The notes below the pieces were generated by a model that saw only the letters and a list, made by a program, of their open reading frames with translations, was not told where the DNA came from and searched no databases. This document shows positions 44,098 to 56,509 of a stretch of 64,000 nt of DNA, piece by piece. Position numbers and translations under genes: made by a program. Location: assembly GCA_000004985.1 (NCBI GenBank), contig GG738863.1. One strand, written 5' to 3'. The DNA comes from Naegleria gruberi. Its lineage: Eukaryota. The number at the start of each line of letters is the position of its first letter. The first letter of the stretch is position 1.

Positions 44098-47000
44098 CTA
44101 TTTATTTAATTCTTCCATCAAAATATTGATAGCATCATTAAATTTATCTTGAACCACAGGAGAGCACCTACGTATTTCGAAATTATCCTTAATGAGGGCA
44201 GTCATTGAGCATTGATTATAAAAAGGAAGGGAGGTAAATTGTCTAGTTCTGAATTGAAGCTGTTCCAAGAGAGGTTTACATGTTCTATCAATCAACTCCT
44301 TGTTTTTGGTTCTAACAATCTCAAGAGCTCTATTATCCAACTCAATGAGTTGATATGTTTGTGTAATTTGATCAAAACCTCTTTTACCTTGTTCAATTTC
44401 GCTCAAAATATTCAAGTGAATGGTTGCTGTCTCAAACAGAGCTCCTAATATCAAAGGTTGAACTAGATGGAAAGGACCAGAAGCTGTTGTCAATGTAAAA
44501 AGCTTTGCCTCATTTTCTATTCTCTCGTCCAATACGCCAGCTTCCTTATATAGCTGCACGTTACACCCATGATAGAATAATTGATGTAAACACTTCATAC
44601 AACTCCTAGTTGTTTCACTAATATTTCTTTCATCTTCGTGAACAGTCAAGAAGTTGGCAGAAAACTCGACCAACATGGTATACAGGTTCAAATTCTCTAA
44701 TGACACTTTCTGAGACATGATGCTCATAATAGTATTGGGAATTTTTCCAATAGCATACAAGCAACCATCGCAAATAATCTTGGAAACATATGAACCAAAA
44801 GTAAATCCAGGAAAGTTAGAACAATCATCCAAAAAGAACTCTCCAGATTTGTCTACACTGATTCCACACAATACTCTATACTTGAGTAGATGCAAATCAT
44901 CTACAGGTAATCCATTAAATATTGAATAGTTTTCTCCATTCTTGTTTTCATCTTCAATAGAATAGTTCAAGTGAGTTTTGTTTTTAAAAGTCTTATTTCT
45001 CTTTCTGAAAAATAAATCTACATAATTGAGATAAAACTTTGCCTTTCCCTTATCACCAATACCACTGCAATATCTAGCAAAATGACAGTAAGTACCAGCA
45101 ACAAAAAGGCATTGAGAATTGTCAAAACTTTCTGTGAGAAGAGTTCTTGATTTTTGGAAACTTATTTGAGCCTCATCATGAACTCCAAATGCCTGACAGG
45201 TAACAGCATGAATAGCATACAAGAGTGCCAAAACATCATTTGAATAAATTCCTCTCGTGGCCTCCTCGTTGAAAAATGCCAATTCAAGAGTAGTTTTTGA
45301 AAGAAGTGGATAACCCATTGAAATCACCTCATCATACAACTCTACAGTACGTTTCTTGTATGCATTCATATTCAGTCTTTGATTCATCTCTGCATCTTTA
45401 ATTAAATCATGAGCTATCGCATTATTATTAATATCCAATTTGATATTGAGATTTTGAGGGAAATTAGTTTGGTTAACACCCAACGATCCGAGTAAATCAC
45501 TAATAGAATCCTTTGATAAATTCAATAAAAATTCTCTATCAATCTTCGGTGATTGAGATCTTTGATTATTTTGAAAATTATCAATTAATGCAAGTGCTTT
45601 TTCCTCTTCCTCATTCTCTTTAGAACTACTGCTATCTGAATTCGAGAGTGATGTAAATAGTGTCGAAAAGGTATCATTATTAAAATTGGATGTATTTTGT
45701 GCTATTACTAATTGTAACTGATTTTGCAATTGATTGGAAACAGTCATTGGACTGAAATTAATATTTGGTTCTTCAATTGGTTGAGGAGGTTGAGACTGTT
45801 GTGGAGGTTGTTGATTCCATTGTGCTGTAAAATGATTATCAACAATGTGATTAATTACATTTTGTTCCTTCTTTTGTTTCTTTGGTTTAGGTTGAGTTGA
45901 AGATGAAACAAGTGGAACAGTATTAGTTGGAGGAATGTAGAGTAAACTTGAGTAAGGATGAAACTTTTGATCCTTTCTTCCTTTCATCTTTGGAGATCGA
46001 TAAGTACATTCCACACCTCTCTTAGTACAATTCAAACATGCAGGCAATGTACGATCACACTTCTCTGGGTTAGATTAAATTATTCGAAACTACACATACC
46101 TTTTTGTGTCTCGACCTACATTGCACACATGCAATAGGATGTCCATGTTCAGGTAATATAGATTCCTGAGAAAATCCATTTACATCCACATTTTCACTAC
46201 CTAAAGATTTTTTCCTTTTTTGTTTCTTTGCTGGGGAATCTGTCGCCACCATGTTGTTGGACGAAACAAGAGAAGGATTAAATGTAGTGCTAGTACTATT
46301 ATTTGGCTGTTGTTGAGGTGATGATGCAAAACTAGTAGCAATTTCATAATTACTATAATTTTGTTGCTGCTGACTCACGTCGTATTGATTCGTTGACATG
46401 TTACTACTGCTCAAAGGAACATTCGTAGAATAGTTAGCATTCGAATAAGTTGTGGTAGGATATGTCTGTTGTGGTGGAATGTGATGATGTTGCTGCGGAT
46501 ACAAATTATTATTGTTATTAGGCATCAAATAATTAAAATGTTGCTGCTGATGTGGGTTAACCATAGGAGGTGTTTGTTTAAAAGATGTTGTTGGTTGTTG
46601 TTGCGTATTATACTGAAATGATGATGATGGAGGATTGGATGTATATTGATTATTATTAATCACCACTTTTTGCATGGAAGGATAGCTATTATTATTGAGC
46701 ATGTTATTGTTAATAACATTCGGGGAAGAAGTGAACACATGTGATGCTTGTTCGGCACCACCAACATGCTGCTGAGGTTGTGATAAATTTGGTTGAGATT
46801 CTCCATTGCCAGTAAAATTCTGTTGGGCGGAGGAGGGATGTTGTTGTTGTGATCTTTGGTTGTAGTATTGAATATGATCATAGTCCATGTGACGATTCAT
46901 CATTGGAATGTTATTATTTGATTGTTGTTGTTGTTGGTGAAGCATATGATGATGTGAATTATTTAGCATGTTATTGGTAGTAGTCATCATGTAGGATGAT

Positions 47001-47128
47001 GAAGAAGAATTTGGAAGAGCATTCTGCACCATGTAATTGTTGTTATTGCCTGAATGTTGTGATGAAGATGAACCTATTGTTGATGCTGAGGGTGGAAGCT
47101 GCTGTTGATGAGGTGGGTTATTGTTCAT
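44098..47128 (-). CDS. Zn(II)2Cys6 zinc-cluster transcription factor (about 997 aa); 2 exons 47128..46100 and 46062..44098, intron GTATGT..CCAGAG (37 nt)
   Basis: ATG at 47128. Exon 1 is N/Q/S/P-rich and ends ...HGHPIACVQCRSRHKK. Exon 2 starts KCDRTLPACLNCTKRGVECTYRSPK (CxxC-x7-C-x6-C-x2-C-x6-C). The C-terminal 600 aa resemble a fungal-TF middle-homology region. Confidence 0.7.
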
Positions 47129-47940
47129 GATAGTTCTTTTATGAGGAGTAAGTATGGGGTGCTGTTCTGATTTTTGGATGTGATTGGTGATGGAAGAGGA
47201 GAGGCAGGGGAACAGTGTGGTTTAATTTTCTTCTGATCAGAAAAGTGCTTGGTCAATCCGGAATAAAAAACGATATCTCAAATTGATAATGTTTCAATCT
47301 AGAAAGCAACTCTAGATTTCAAGAATTTGAATCGACTCTTTAAATTGGTCTACTATCCTAGAATGAGTTGAAATTTGAGAGAAATGCAAGTTTTTGGCTG
47401 CAGTTGGAAGATAGAACCAAAATAAATACGCGACAACACAAAAAATGAAAGCAAAGAAAATGCGATTTGGATGTTTTGGCAATTTTTTAAAACTTGAAAT
47501 AATAAAAATATGAAATATTGTGTCAAACCAAACAACATCTATGTGGTTCACGGGGGCAGAAAAGTTTAGCCCACCAATTTGTCAGTTTGTTCAGTTGATG
47601 TGGGTTGATTTGTTTAATTGTGAAAGTGGAGGATTTATTGCACCTGGTTTTAGTTGTGAAAGAGCATGATGAATGATCAACAACTTCTATTGCCTTTTGT
47701 TTTGAGCTCGTGGATTTTTGGAGTTATTTAGGAAGGGGATCTTTCCATATTTTCATTATCGTAGAACTCGATATTCAGTTTATTGAGGCCAATCTAGTCC
47801 GGTATATCGCTCTCAATTACAGATTTTTTTACACTAAGGCGAAAGAGGAATGCATGCTCATTCCTATCCCATGGGCTGTTATGGATGCATCCAGAAAGAA
47901 AAGAGCATTCTACTCATTATTTCTTCTATTTATATTTTTA

Positions 47941-49062
47941 TTACTGGTAATTAATTAACATACCCAACAAACAATTTAGGATGACCACAAAGGACAGGTT
48001 CATGCTGTAAAAGCCTGATTCAAGAACAATTTGAGAACCACCAATATGCACAGAGCTTGAGTTTGAAGTCACAACGATATTTTCATATTCAAATTCGCTC
48101 ACTCCCACACTCACATTCGAGATTGCTTTGATCCACTCTTTGTGGAATGGAATAGTTGTGTAAACACCTCGATTAGAACTGGCGGCTGGTGTACCACATT
48201 GACTAGGACCATAGCTTACAATACCAATCTCAATGAAATCAGTTGAATTCACAGTATGAAAAAGTCCACTTCCGGAATCTCCAGCACAAGCATCTTTGCC
48301 ATCTCCAGCCCCAGCACATAATTTACCGACAGTGGTACTCATGTCTAATTCCAGATCATTACAATACTTGTCTTCAACATAGGGAACCGTGGCCTTCATC
48401 ATGTGGTCAACAGCTTGATTGACATAACTTGAAGTGATTCCCCAACCAGCAACAATTTGCATGGCATTAAAAGCAGGAAGCGATGATGCAAGTGTAACAG
48501 GTTTAATAGTCGACGAATAAGGAATATCATCGTACAGTTCCACTATTGCTATATCATTATTGAGCGAGTAATCATCATAGCTTGGATGTAGATGAAGAGC
48601 CTTAACTCTGGCCACAACACAACTCGATGATGATTGTATAGTGTAACCTGATGAAAATAGACTCTTCGTTATGGTACACTCTGATAAGGTTGTAACTCCC
48701 ATTACAGCTGCATAATTTGTTGCCGAGGCTTCATAGGCACAGTGTCCAGCTGTTAGAATGAACCTTTTAGAAATAATAGAGCCACAACACTTATGAAAAA
48801 CATTGCCACTCACTGATCGTTGCTGAAGAGAAACAAGGAAGGGAAATTCATGATTGCTGGTTTGTATCCCTCCCTGGATTTTCGTATCTTGTGGAGAGTG
48901 AATATTCAAACTTGCTCTCTTATTTCCTTCTATTGGGCATAAAACATTGAATAGAGTAATTAAAAATAATATCTGTAATAATATTGCACAATAGGTTGTT
49001 GTACAATTCCGTATTATTTTTCGTGTGGATGATAATGGCCAAGATAATTGATATCTCCTCAT
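47941..49062 (-). CDS. Trypsin-like (S1 family) serine protease, secreted/membrane-anchored, 373 aa
   Basis: ATG at 49062. Hydrophobic N-terminal anchor. Catalytic triad present: LTAGHCA (His), NNDIAIVEL (Asp), CAGDSGSGLF (Ser). Hydrophobic C-terminus, possibly a GPI signal. Confidence 0.75.
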   Translation of the reverse strand: MRRYQLSWPLSSTRKIIRNCTTTYCAILLQILFLITLFNVLCPIEGNKRASLNIHSPQDTKIQGGIQTSNHEFPFLVSLQQRSVSGNVFHKCCGSIISKRFILTAGHCAYEASATNYAAVMGVTTLSECTITKSLFSSGYTIQSSSSCVVARVKALHLHPSYDDYSLNNDIAIVELYDDIPYSSTIKPVTLASSLPAFNAMQIVAGWGITSSYVNQAVDHMMKATVPYVEDKYCNDLELDMSTTVGKLCAGAGDGKDACAGDSGSGLFHTVNSTDFIEIGIVSYGPSQCGTPAASSNRGVYTTIPFHKEWIKAISNVSVGVSEFEYENIVVTSNSSSVHIGGSQIVLESGFYSMNLSFVVILNCLLGMLINYQ

Positions 49063-49383
49063 TATTCCTTAATATTGATTGTTTGGTTTTTTTTTCAATT
49101 TAAGGAGAACACACCGATCAATTTAATGTGTTGCTTTCCATCCTACAGGTTCTAAAATTCAAAAAGAAGAACTCTCAACTGAAAATTTCTCGTTACTAGT
49201 ACAATTTTTAATTTCCAATCACTTTATCCTTATCAGGCAGTAAATGTGGTTTGAATACTTTTTCTTCTGATATACTCTTGAACGGGCTTTCATCGTTAAA
49301 ACATTGTTTAAACACATCATCCACATCCTATAAAGCGTGTGAATTAGATCAACATATATGGATTAGTATTTTGAAAAATTCAC

Positions 49384-49992
49384 TTAATTAGTACATACAG
49401 ATAACGCCGATTGTTTGCATGCACTCACAGTACTTGCAAATGCGTGTCTTTTCAGACATTCTTCCTTGTTTGAGTAATTCTTTAAATCTTCTGCACTTGC
49501 ACATGATCCACCAAGATAATATGCTCTTACTTCAGAGCATGCTCTCACTTTACAATAAAACAATTGTCTAAATCTACAAAAATCATATGCATGAACCAAT
49601 TCATGTACTACAGTATTTTCTAAATCACTTTTTCCTATCATTCTATTACAACAAATCACAATTTGATTTTTAGATGATGAATAATATCCGCTCACACCAT
49701 CCTCTTCTGGTGATTCACATTTCTTCAAATCCAATCCTCTTTTCAGCATGCCACATCCTTTAGTATTTTGCTCCTTTATCTCTTGAAGTAATTTATTGAC
49801 TCTCTTTTCCGTCAACACTGATACCATGTCTATCAATTCCGAAGATGTGAGAAATTAATCATTTAAAAATTACCCTATAATTATTAAATAAAAACACATG
49901 TGTAATAGAATGTTAAAGAAGAATCGGCATAAACCAATCAAAGATGAAACTCTTACTTTTTGACACGCCTTCAACTCTTCGTATGGTGGCAT
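49384..49992 (-). CDS. Mitochondrial inner-membrane protease ATP23 (peptidase M76) homolog; 2 exons 49992..49956 and 49829..49384, intron GTAAGA..GATAG (126 nt)
   Basis: Exon 1 aaaaaATGCCACCATACGAAGAGTTGAAGGCGTGTCAAAAAG (phase 1) joins ...DMVSVLTEKRV in frame. HELVHAYD zinc motif and conserved Cys pattern of the ATP23/KUB3 family. Confidence 0.65.
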
Positions 49993-50241
49993 TTTTTATC
50001 TTGTTGATATGATGAATTTATTTTGATTATTATCTTGTTGCTCTATTTAATAAAGAGTTCTGATAAAAATAGTGAGGAAAGAATCCTCAAATCAATTTCT
50101 GTATCGTTCTACTGTGATGAATTGATGAATTTGAAACTCTGTTTAGAGAGTTTGGTTCGTAAAATTGATTGAATGCCTTTCTTTTGGCATCGAGATGGTT
50201 TTGGTCAATCAATTAATTGGTCTCGTATGAATCAAAATTGT

Positions 50242-52641
50242 TTATTTTACGAGTTGGAATTTCTTAGCAAGGTCTAGCACTTTAATTTCTAATGAGGTGA
50301 GAGTTGGAGGAGGTATTGCCCATCTCTCTTCGATAATATCTGGCATGATACGTTGAACATTCTTTACATCACAAACGAGAGGAGTATACTTTTCAAAGAT
50401 GAATTTGAATAATCTTTCATAAAGTGCACCATCTCCTAATTTGACCTTCTTTTGTGCAATAAGTGTTGAAATAAGGTAATAGTATAATTGCCACGAAATT
50501 CTTGGAATGTTTTCTTTCATGATAAATTCTAAACTGTCATTAAATGATTTGTAATCATTGGATAATTCACAAGATGATAAGGCAATCAAATAAATGGAAC
50601 CATCTAATTTTGATTTGTGAGGAAGTCTAGCCCTCACTGCACGCCATATTTTAATGACAGTTCCATACTCCTTAGTTGCTTTAAATCTTTTCATGGCTGC
50701 TGAAATAACAACAAAATTGACTGGTTTTCCTTGACATGCATCATCAATGATATCCTTTAGTAAAAGATCCAATGTATGTTTGTATCTTTCCAATCTTTCC
50801 ACAATTTCAGTATCAACTTCTCCAGGTTTGTACAGAAGATCTCTCAACTTGGTTTCAATACTCAGTAAACTGACAAGAATAAAGTCGCTTGGATGAACCT
50901 TATCTTCTAGCATATAGTTCAAAATATTGAAAGCCAATGTAATTTGCTTCAGATCATTCGTTACAGCTTGAAGGATAATATTGTAGGCAGAGGAGGATAG
51001 TGCATTACCATTTAATTTGGATGTCTCTCTAGCACTACAGAAGAATGAGTAACCTGCCGTTATTCCTCCTTGTAAAACAGACTGGTGAATGAGTTCTGTA
51101 ATTGAATGGCTATCTAAATTCTTCATTCCATATAAATCAGAACTAACTTGTTCTCTCAATCTGTCAAATCTTTGACTGTGTCGTTTTGTAATACTCAAAA
51201 ATGTTGTTAATAAATGTTGATTAATCAAGTTCTTCTTCTTAATTTCTTCATAAATTGTTAGTAATTGTTGTTCATCATCTTCTGTCAGTTTCTTTCCGTA
51301 ATGTTTGATAAGTGTACAGTAGGTACCAGTATCTGGTTTGATATGTTCGAGATTCCTTATTTCTTCAAAGAATTCCATCGTATTATTACTGTTATTTCTT
51401 ACCAGAATTTCCAAAGCAAAATTATACTTGTGAATATCCATATAAACTCCCTTTTCATGAATTTTTCTGAAACTCTTAATGAATAATTCTGAATCGAATT
51501 TTCCCTTACTAATTGTCTTTTTCTCTAAACTTTCCATATATTGGAATATTTGCTCGGATAATGATCTAACACAGCTAAACAACCCATAGCTGTTTTGGGA
51601 TGGAAGGATTTTAGTTTGATTCTTAAACTTTTCGTGAACTTCTTCTGCACTGGAACCTAGAGCTCCCTTTGGAATAACCTTTGCTGAAATTTCAAAGATT
51701 TTATCAACCAAATGTTCGTGTGTAATTGAAAATGTTGGTAAAAGGAGATGTGCTGACATTAAATAGTCACAATAGAAGGACTGATCTTTTTTGATCAATA
51801 CTTCTAAAATCTCAGCAATATGATTTTCAAATAATGACTGAGCAAATTCAATATCATTCAATACTTTAAATCCATAAGCCAATTGATAACAAGGAATTTG
51901 AAGAGATGAAAAGTTTTTGAACTGTATCATGCAAATTAAATTATAGACATCTCTCAAACTTTGTGGATTATTTCCAATGATTTTCAAAACATTCTTAGAG
52001 ATGGAATAAACCATTCCAACCATCTTTTTAGATGCCATAAATTGAGTTGCTTCTGCATAGGTAAGAACAAACTTCATCATTTTGAAGAATTCATGAATGG
52101 CTTCTTCCTTTGAGATTTGGAATTTGTTCTTGATGAGATATTGATCAATTTCATGGACAGAAGTTAACATGAACTGTATTTCAGTCCATCTTTGTTTGTG
52201 TTTCTGTTGCTCTTCTTTAATTTCCTCTAAATCCTTATCAACTTTTCGATTCATTCTCATACTCTTTAGTTTTACAAAGTTATTATATGATAATTCTTGA
52301 ATTTCTTTCATTTCTTGTGTTGTTGATGATTTGTTCTTATTAGATTGTTTTCTAGATGTATTTTCCGAGTGTGATGATGTTAATTTACCTGTTGCATCAT
52401 TCTCGGAGGAAGGTAATGAAGTTGATGATGAAGGTGTTTCAATTTTAATTCTTCTATTGGGTGCAGAATAACTTCTATTCATACCACTCAGCAATTCAAT
52501 CAACAATCCTCCTCCGATACTACCCATCATTATCAGTGGTGATGAAGATTTCCTATTGGTTTTAAACAAATTCAAAGAACTCAACAATGGATCCGATGAT
52601 AAGGATGAATTTGTAGAAATGTGTGTTTTAATCGTTGACAT
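50242..52641 (-). CDS. Hypothetical helical-repeat (PPR/TPR-like) protein, about 800 aa, possibly mitochondrial
   Basis: First ATG at 52641 (track start 52674 is TTG). S-rich N-terminus. Body composed of about 35-residue helical repeats. Confidence 0.45.
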   Translation of the reverse strand: MSTIKTHISTNSSLSSDPLLSSLNLFKTNRKSSSPLIMMGSIGGGLLIELLSGMNRSYSAPNRRIKIETPSSSTSLPSSENDATGKLTSSHSENTSRKQSNKNKSSTTQEMKEIQELSYNNFVKLKSMRMNRKVDKDLEEIKEEQQKHKQRWTEIQFMLTSVHEIDQYLIKNKFQISKEEAIHEFFKMMKFVLTYAEATQFMASKKMVGMVYSISKNVLKIIGNNPQSLRDVYNLICMIQFKNFSSLQIPCYQLAYGFKVLNDIEFAQSLFENHIAEILEVLIKKDQSFYCDYLMSAHLLLPTFSITHEHLVDKIFEISAKVIPKGALGSSAEEVHEKFKNQTKILPSQNSYGLFSCVRSLSEQIFQYMESLEKKTISKGKFDSELFIKSFRKIHEKGVYMDIHKYNFALEILVRNNSNNTMEFFEEIRNLEHIKPDTGTYCTLIKHYGKKLTEDDEQQLLTIYEEIKKKNLINQHLLTTFLSITKRHSQRFDRLREQVSSDLYGMKNLDSHSITELIHQSVLQGGITAGYSFFCSARETSKLNGNALSSSAYNIILQAVTNDLKQITLAFNILNYMLEDKVHPSDFILVSLLSIETKLRDLLYKPGEVDTEIVERLERYKHTLDLLLKDIIDDACQGKPVNFVVISAAMKRFKATKEYGTVIKIWRAVRARLPHKSKLDGSIYLIALSSCELSNDYKSFNDSLEFIMKENIPRISWQLYYYLISTLIAQKKVKLGDGALYERLFKFIFEKYTPLVCDVKNVQRIMPDIIEERWAIPPPTLTSLEIKVLDLAKKFQLVK

Positions 52642-52964
52642 CTTAAATATGCTCCTCTCCACAGATAATAACAATTAGCTAATGAATTGTTGCGTTTGTT
52701 TTTTGATTGAATTTTCTCTCAACTCTTGGGATTCAATAAGAAAAATGAATGATTTTGATTAGGTTGATGGTTTTAATCAATTCAATAGCTGCACCACCAA
52801 CCAGTATCGGAATTTTAACCAAGCCATCATTTGGTTTTGATAGAATTTAAAATGGATATCAATGATGCAATTATTGTTGTACACAAATTTCAATATATAT
52901 TATTATGAATATTTAGAAAAGTATTAAATACATCAGCTGATGAATTGAATTGTAAAACAAAAAA

Positions 52965-53966
52965 ATGTCGCAAAGTGTTGGTGCTGGAGGTGAATTATTG
53001 TTGGAGTGGACAAGAAAGTTGATCACCTCCCAGAGTGAGAAGGCTTTCTTTTATAATATTGTACAGACAAGGAGTGGAAATGATGAATCATTATTCAACT
53101 TTCCCAAGTGTAGTATTTCTAAAGGAACGGAACAATTCATTGAGAGGATTAATTCCATCATTGAAAAGTCTCAATCTTTAAATCATGTACTTGCTAAATA
53201 TATTAAACAAGCTACAGTGTTGTATAGAGTTTTAATTCCTAAAATTTATGGAGAATTGATTAATCAATTTCCTCAATTCTCGATGATATTATTTAATGAT
53301 TGTCATTGGATTGCAAAGGAATTAGATATATTATGTGTAAAATATAAAATTGATGATGGTTTCAAGTCATTGGTTTGTGATGGAGCTAGTACTTTGAGAG
53401 CATTCTCGGAAGAACACAGAAAGGAATTTATTGACAAGCAAACAATTATTTTAATTACTTACTTGCAAGATTGTAACAAATTCAAGGATGTTTACAGTAA
53501 TATGAAGCAGAACAAAAAGAGTTTTGAAAAGATTGTCGATCATTTGGATCATTTAAGGAGATTGTGGGTTCAGGTTATTCCACAAGACAATGGAATTGTT
53601 ATGGCATCACTTGGAGCTATTTTAGAACCAATAATCGCTACTATTTGTAGCTATATTCTCAATCGCAAAGATATTGGAGAGAATGAATCACAGGATATTA
53701 GTTCTTTAATGACATACTTGGTAAAGTGGATTTCAGAAAATTTCTCCTATGAAAATGAAGACATTTTGAAATTTATTCCATCCTTATACAAATTCAGAGC
53801 TATCAAGTCAATGCTGGTAATGTCATTGTTAAATGTTGTGGAAAATTTTAAAGTTGGAGGCACTCTTTATGGCTTAACTTCAGCAGAATTAACAAAATTG
53901 ATTCAGGCTATTTTCGAAGACAGTAAAACCAGACGAGAGGTCATCAACCAGATATCACAACCATAA
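52965..53966 (+). CDS. Hypothetical protein (333 aa), alpha-helical, no recognised domain
   Basis: True ATG at 52965 (caaaaaaATGtcg). Confidence 0.45.
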   Translation: MSQSVGAGGELLLEWTRKLITSQSEKAFFYNIVQTRSGNDESLFNFPKCSISKGTEQFIERINSIIEKSQSLNHVLAKYIKQATVLYRVLIPKIYGELINQFPQFSMILFNDCHWIAKELDILCVKYKIDDGFKSLVCDGASTLRAFSEEHRKEFIDKQTIILITYLQDCNKFKDVYSNMKQNKKSFEKIVDHLDHLRRLWVQVIPQDNGIVMASLGAILEPIIATICSYILNRKDIGENESQDISSLMTYLVKWISENFSYENEDILKFIPSLYKFRAIKSMLVMSLLNVVENFKVGGTLYGLTSAELTKLIQAIFEDSKTRREVINQISQP

Positions 53967-54369
53967 TCCAATTTACCTATTAATAGTTCACCCAATCCAA
54001 CAATCCAGAACATTTATGAATAAGCAATACCACAACCAATTTGGATTTCAAAAATCTTATTAAATTATGTACTTGAAAATATAGTTTATCAATTCTTTAA
54101 CTGCAAATTTCCATTTTGAACGATAAAGGTCAACTCAATGGATTACCTGTAATTACAGTTGGTTGAACACTACGTTTCTTGACAAATAGAAATAAACTCC
54201 ACCATGGCACTCCAATTTACTTCGAAGTTGATTCGTTTCCATTCCAAAAATATCCAACTTGTCGAATAAAGCAGCCAAGCTCTCCGTTCTCCTAATGCAA
54301 TTCTATTTTAAATTGTAATTTAAAAACGTTAATTCTTTCAAATTTCATCCAATAAACTATTCAAAAAAA

Positions 54370-55162
54370 ATGTTTTTACCTTTGCTTGATTTAACAGCTG
54401 GAAGTCCATTCTGTTCTTCTAGTGCTGCCTTCTTTGGTTATATGGGAGTTGCATGTGCTTTAATTTTCTCAAATCTTGGTTCTGCTTATGGAGCTGGTAA
54501 AGCTGGTAAGTGATAAACAGATAATAGATTGGCTAAATGAGTTTACTCATGTCTTGATAATGTTGCATGTATTGTGTATTGTATTCATTCACTGATTCAG
54601 GTGTTGGTGTTGCTCATTTGGGTAAGTAAGCATGATTGTTATTGAGTAATAATTGTTTCATTCGTGCATGAAAAGGTATTTTAAATCCAAAACTTGTCAT
54701 GAAAGGATTGATTCCAGTCATCATGTCTGGTATCTTGGGTATTTTTGGTTTAATTGTTGCCATTATTATTAGTACAAATGTTACAACTGGAGTAAGTTGC
54801 TTTGAAGATTTATGGATTTTTAACCAATTTTTAGAGTGGATACAGTAACCATAAGGGTTATTCTCATCTTGCTTCTGGTTTATCTGCTGGTTTATCCTGT
54901 TTAGCTGCTGGTTTAGCTCTTGGGGTAGCAGGTGATGCTGGTAAGTTTCAAATATTAATGAGACGAAACTATTCAAATATTAACTTTTGTACGTAAATTC
55001 ATCCAACAAATAGGTGTTAGAGCATTTGGAAAGCAACCAAAAGTTTTCGTTGGTTTGGTATTAATCTTAATTTTCGGTGAAGCTCTTGGATTGTATGGCT
55101 TGATTGTTGCCTTGGTTACTTCATTGAATGACAGCGGTCCAAAATGTTTAGCACCACATTAA
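54370..55162 (+). CDS. V-type H+-ATPase 16-kDa proteolipid subunit c (VMA3/VMA11-like); 5 exons 54370..54505, 54601..54621, 54676..54791, 54835..54940, 55014..55162
   Basis: Four GTAAGT..(T/C)AG introns (95, 54, 43 and 73 nt), all phases consistent. Protein [175 protein letters not shown]. Essential Glu in FGEALGLYG is present. Missed by the ORF track because every exon is shorter than 60 codons. Confidence 0.9.
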
Positions 55163-55441
55163 GATTAATTTTGAAATAATAAATTAATCAATAGTGAGTT
55201 TTCTTTTGGAGGTTAAGATTACCACAATTAAAGTATTGTAGAATAAAAATATGTATGATAATATTGTAAATACGCTCCTTGTATTCATTAGTTAAACTAG
55301 CAGATTTTAATAACATTTTCCAAAATCTGTAACAAGAGTAATTTCCATCACTTTGATAATTCTCAATTTCTAATAAAGAACTATTCAAATATTTTGCAGT
55401 ATTGTTCACATTGTCAATTATTTTCTTCTGGGCTCCATAAA

Positions 55442-56389
55442 TTACTTATTCCAAATTACTGATGTGATACTTCCAAGAGAAACTGAGAGAGCAACCTCAC
55501 TTCTGTATACAATTTTACGAGCCAGAGAAAGAGATTCAAATCCCAATTCTGCTAACTGAGCTCGTTCTTGATCAAATAAATCTCTTTCTGGTCCAACAAG
55601 CAAATTGATATTCATCTTGTTCATCTTTTGTTTGTTTTCTTCAATTTCATTCAAGAGGGAAAGCCAAGGCTTTTCTCCATCAACATCCAAGAAAACTCTT
55701 CTTTCATTCAATTGCTCTTTCATTTGCTTGCAATAATCTTGAATTGAAAGAGGTGAAGCAATTTCTGGCATTCCATAAAATTGTTTGGATTGCTCCACTG
55801 CTGAAATCATAATCTTTTCAAGTCTATCCTTCTTATTTTCAAAATATTCAGCATGTTGTTTCTTTTCAGTCATGATTGGAATAATCTTGTTCACTCCCAT
55901 AGAGGAACATGTATACATCATCTCTTCAAAAGTATCTCTTGATTTTGTCATACATATTGATGCAGTGACTGAGAATAATTTTCTCTGATTTAATAATTGA
56001 CTGGTTGTTTCATCTTGTTCGAGAGTTAGTACTTTGGCTTGAATCATTCGATTTTCCATTTTAATTACTTCAAATAATTGATGATTTGATTGAGTGTCGA
56101 ATAAAACAAATTGATCACCAGTTTTAAATCTGAGAATATTATTCATTCTCCTCACCAAATTTCCATCATCAATTCCAATAATTTCATTCGGCTCCACATC
56201 AACCATCATTTCCGATAATTCATTATAATTCAATGCAAAAACATGTCTATTATGATTATGAATATTTCTTGTACAATTTTCCAAAATCCTTCCACCACAC
56301 CTCCTCTTACTTCCCAAAGCTCCTATTGCAAATTTTAAATTGTGCACAGAATAAGCTAGTGAGTTTGCTGCTGTTATTGATTTGAACAT
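55442..56389 (-). CDS. RsmE-family RNA methyltransferase (16S rRNA m3U methyltransferase-like, probably mitochondrial), 315 aa
   Basis: True ATG at 56389. C-terminal SPOUT/RsmE block INLLVGPERDLFDQERAQLAELGFESLSLARKIVYRSEVALSVSL. Confidence 0.6.
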   Translation of the reverse strand: MFKSITAANSLAYSVHNLKFAIGALGSKRRCGGRILENCTRNIHNHNRHVFALNYNELSEMMVDVEPNEIIGIDDGNLVRRMNNILRFKTGDQFVLFDTQSNHQLFEVIKMENRMIQAKVLTLEQDETTSQLLNQRKLFSVTASICMTKSRDTFEEMMYTCSSMGVNKIIPIMTEKKQHAEYFENKKDRLEKIMISAVEQSKQFYGMPEIASPLSIQDYCKQMKEQLNERRVFLDVDGEKPWLSLLNEIEENKQKMNKMNINLLVGPERDLFDQERAQLAELGFESLSLARKIVYRSEVALSVSLGSITSVIWNK

Positions 56390-56509
56390 TTTTTATTGTG
56401 TGTTCATTACAAATGGATGCACCACTCATGAAGACAACTTGATGTAAAGTACTTTAACATTTACATTGTGTCTTGCAGATGAATGGATTCATCCCTAATA
56501 ATTTAAATT

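Noticed and set aside
55188-55409. ORF 55188..55409 (-) between V-ATPase c and RsmE
   Set aside because: Falls in the convergent 3' intergenic region. Low-complexity translation, no support.
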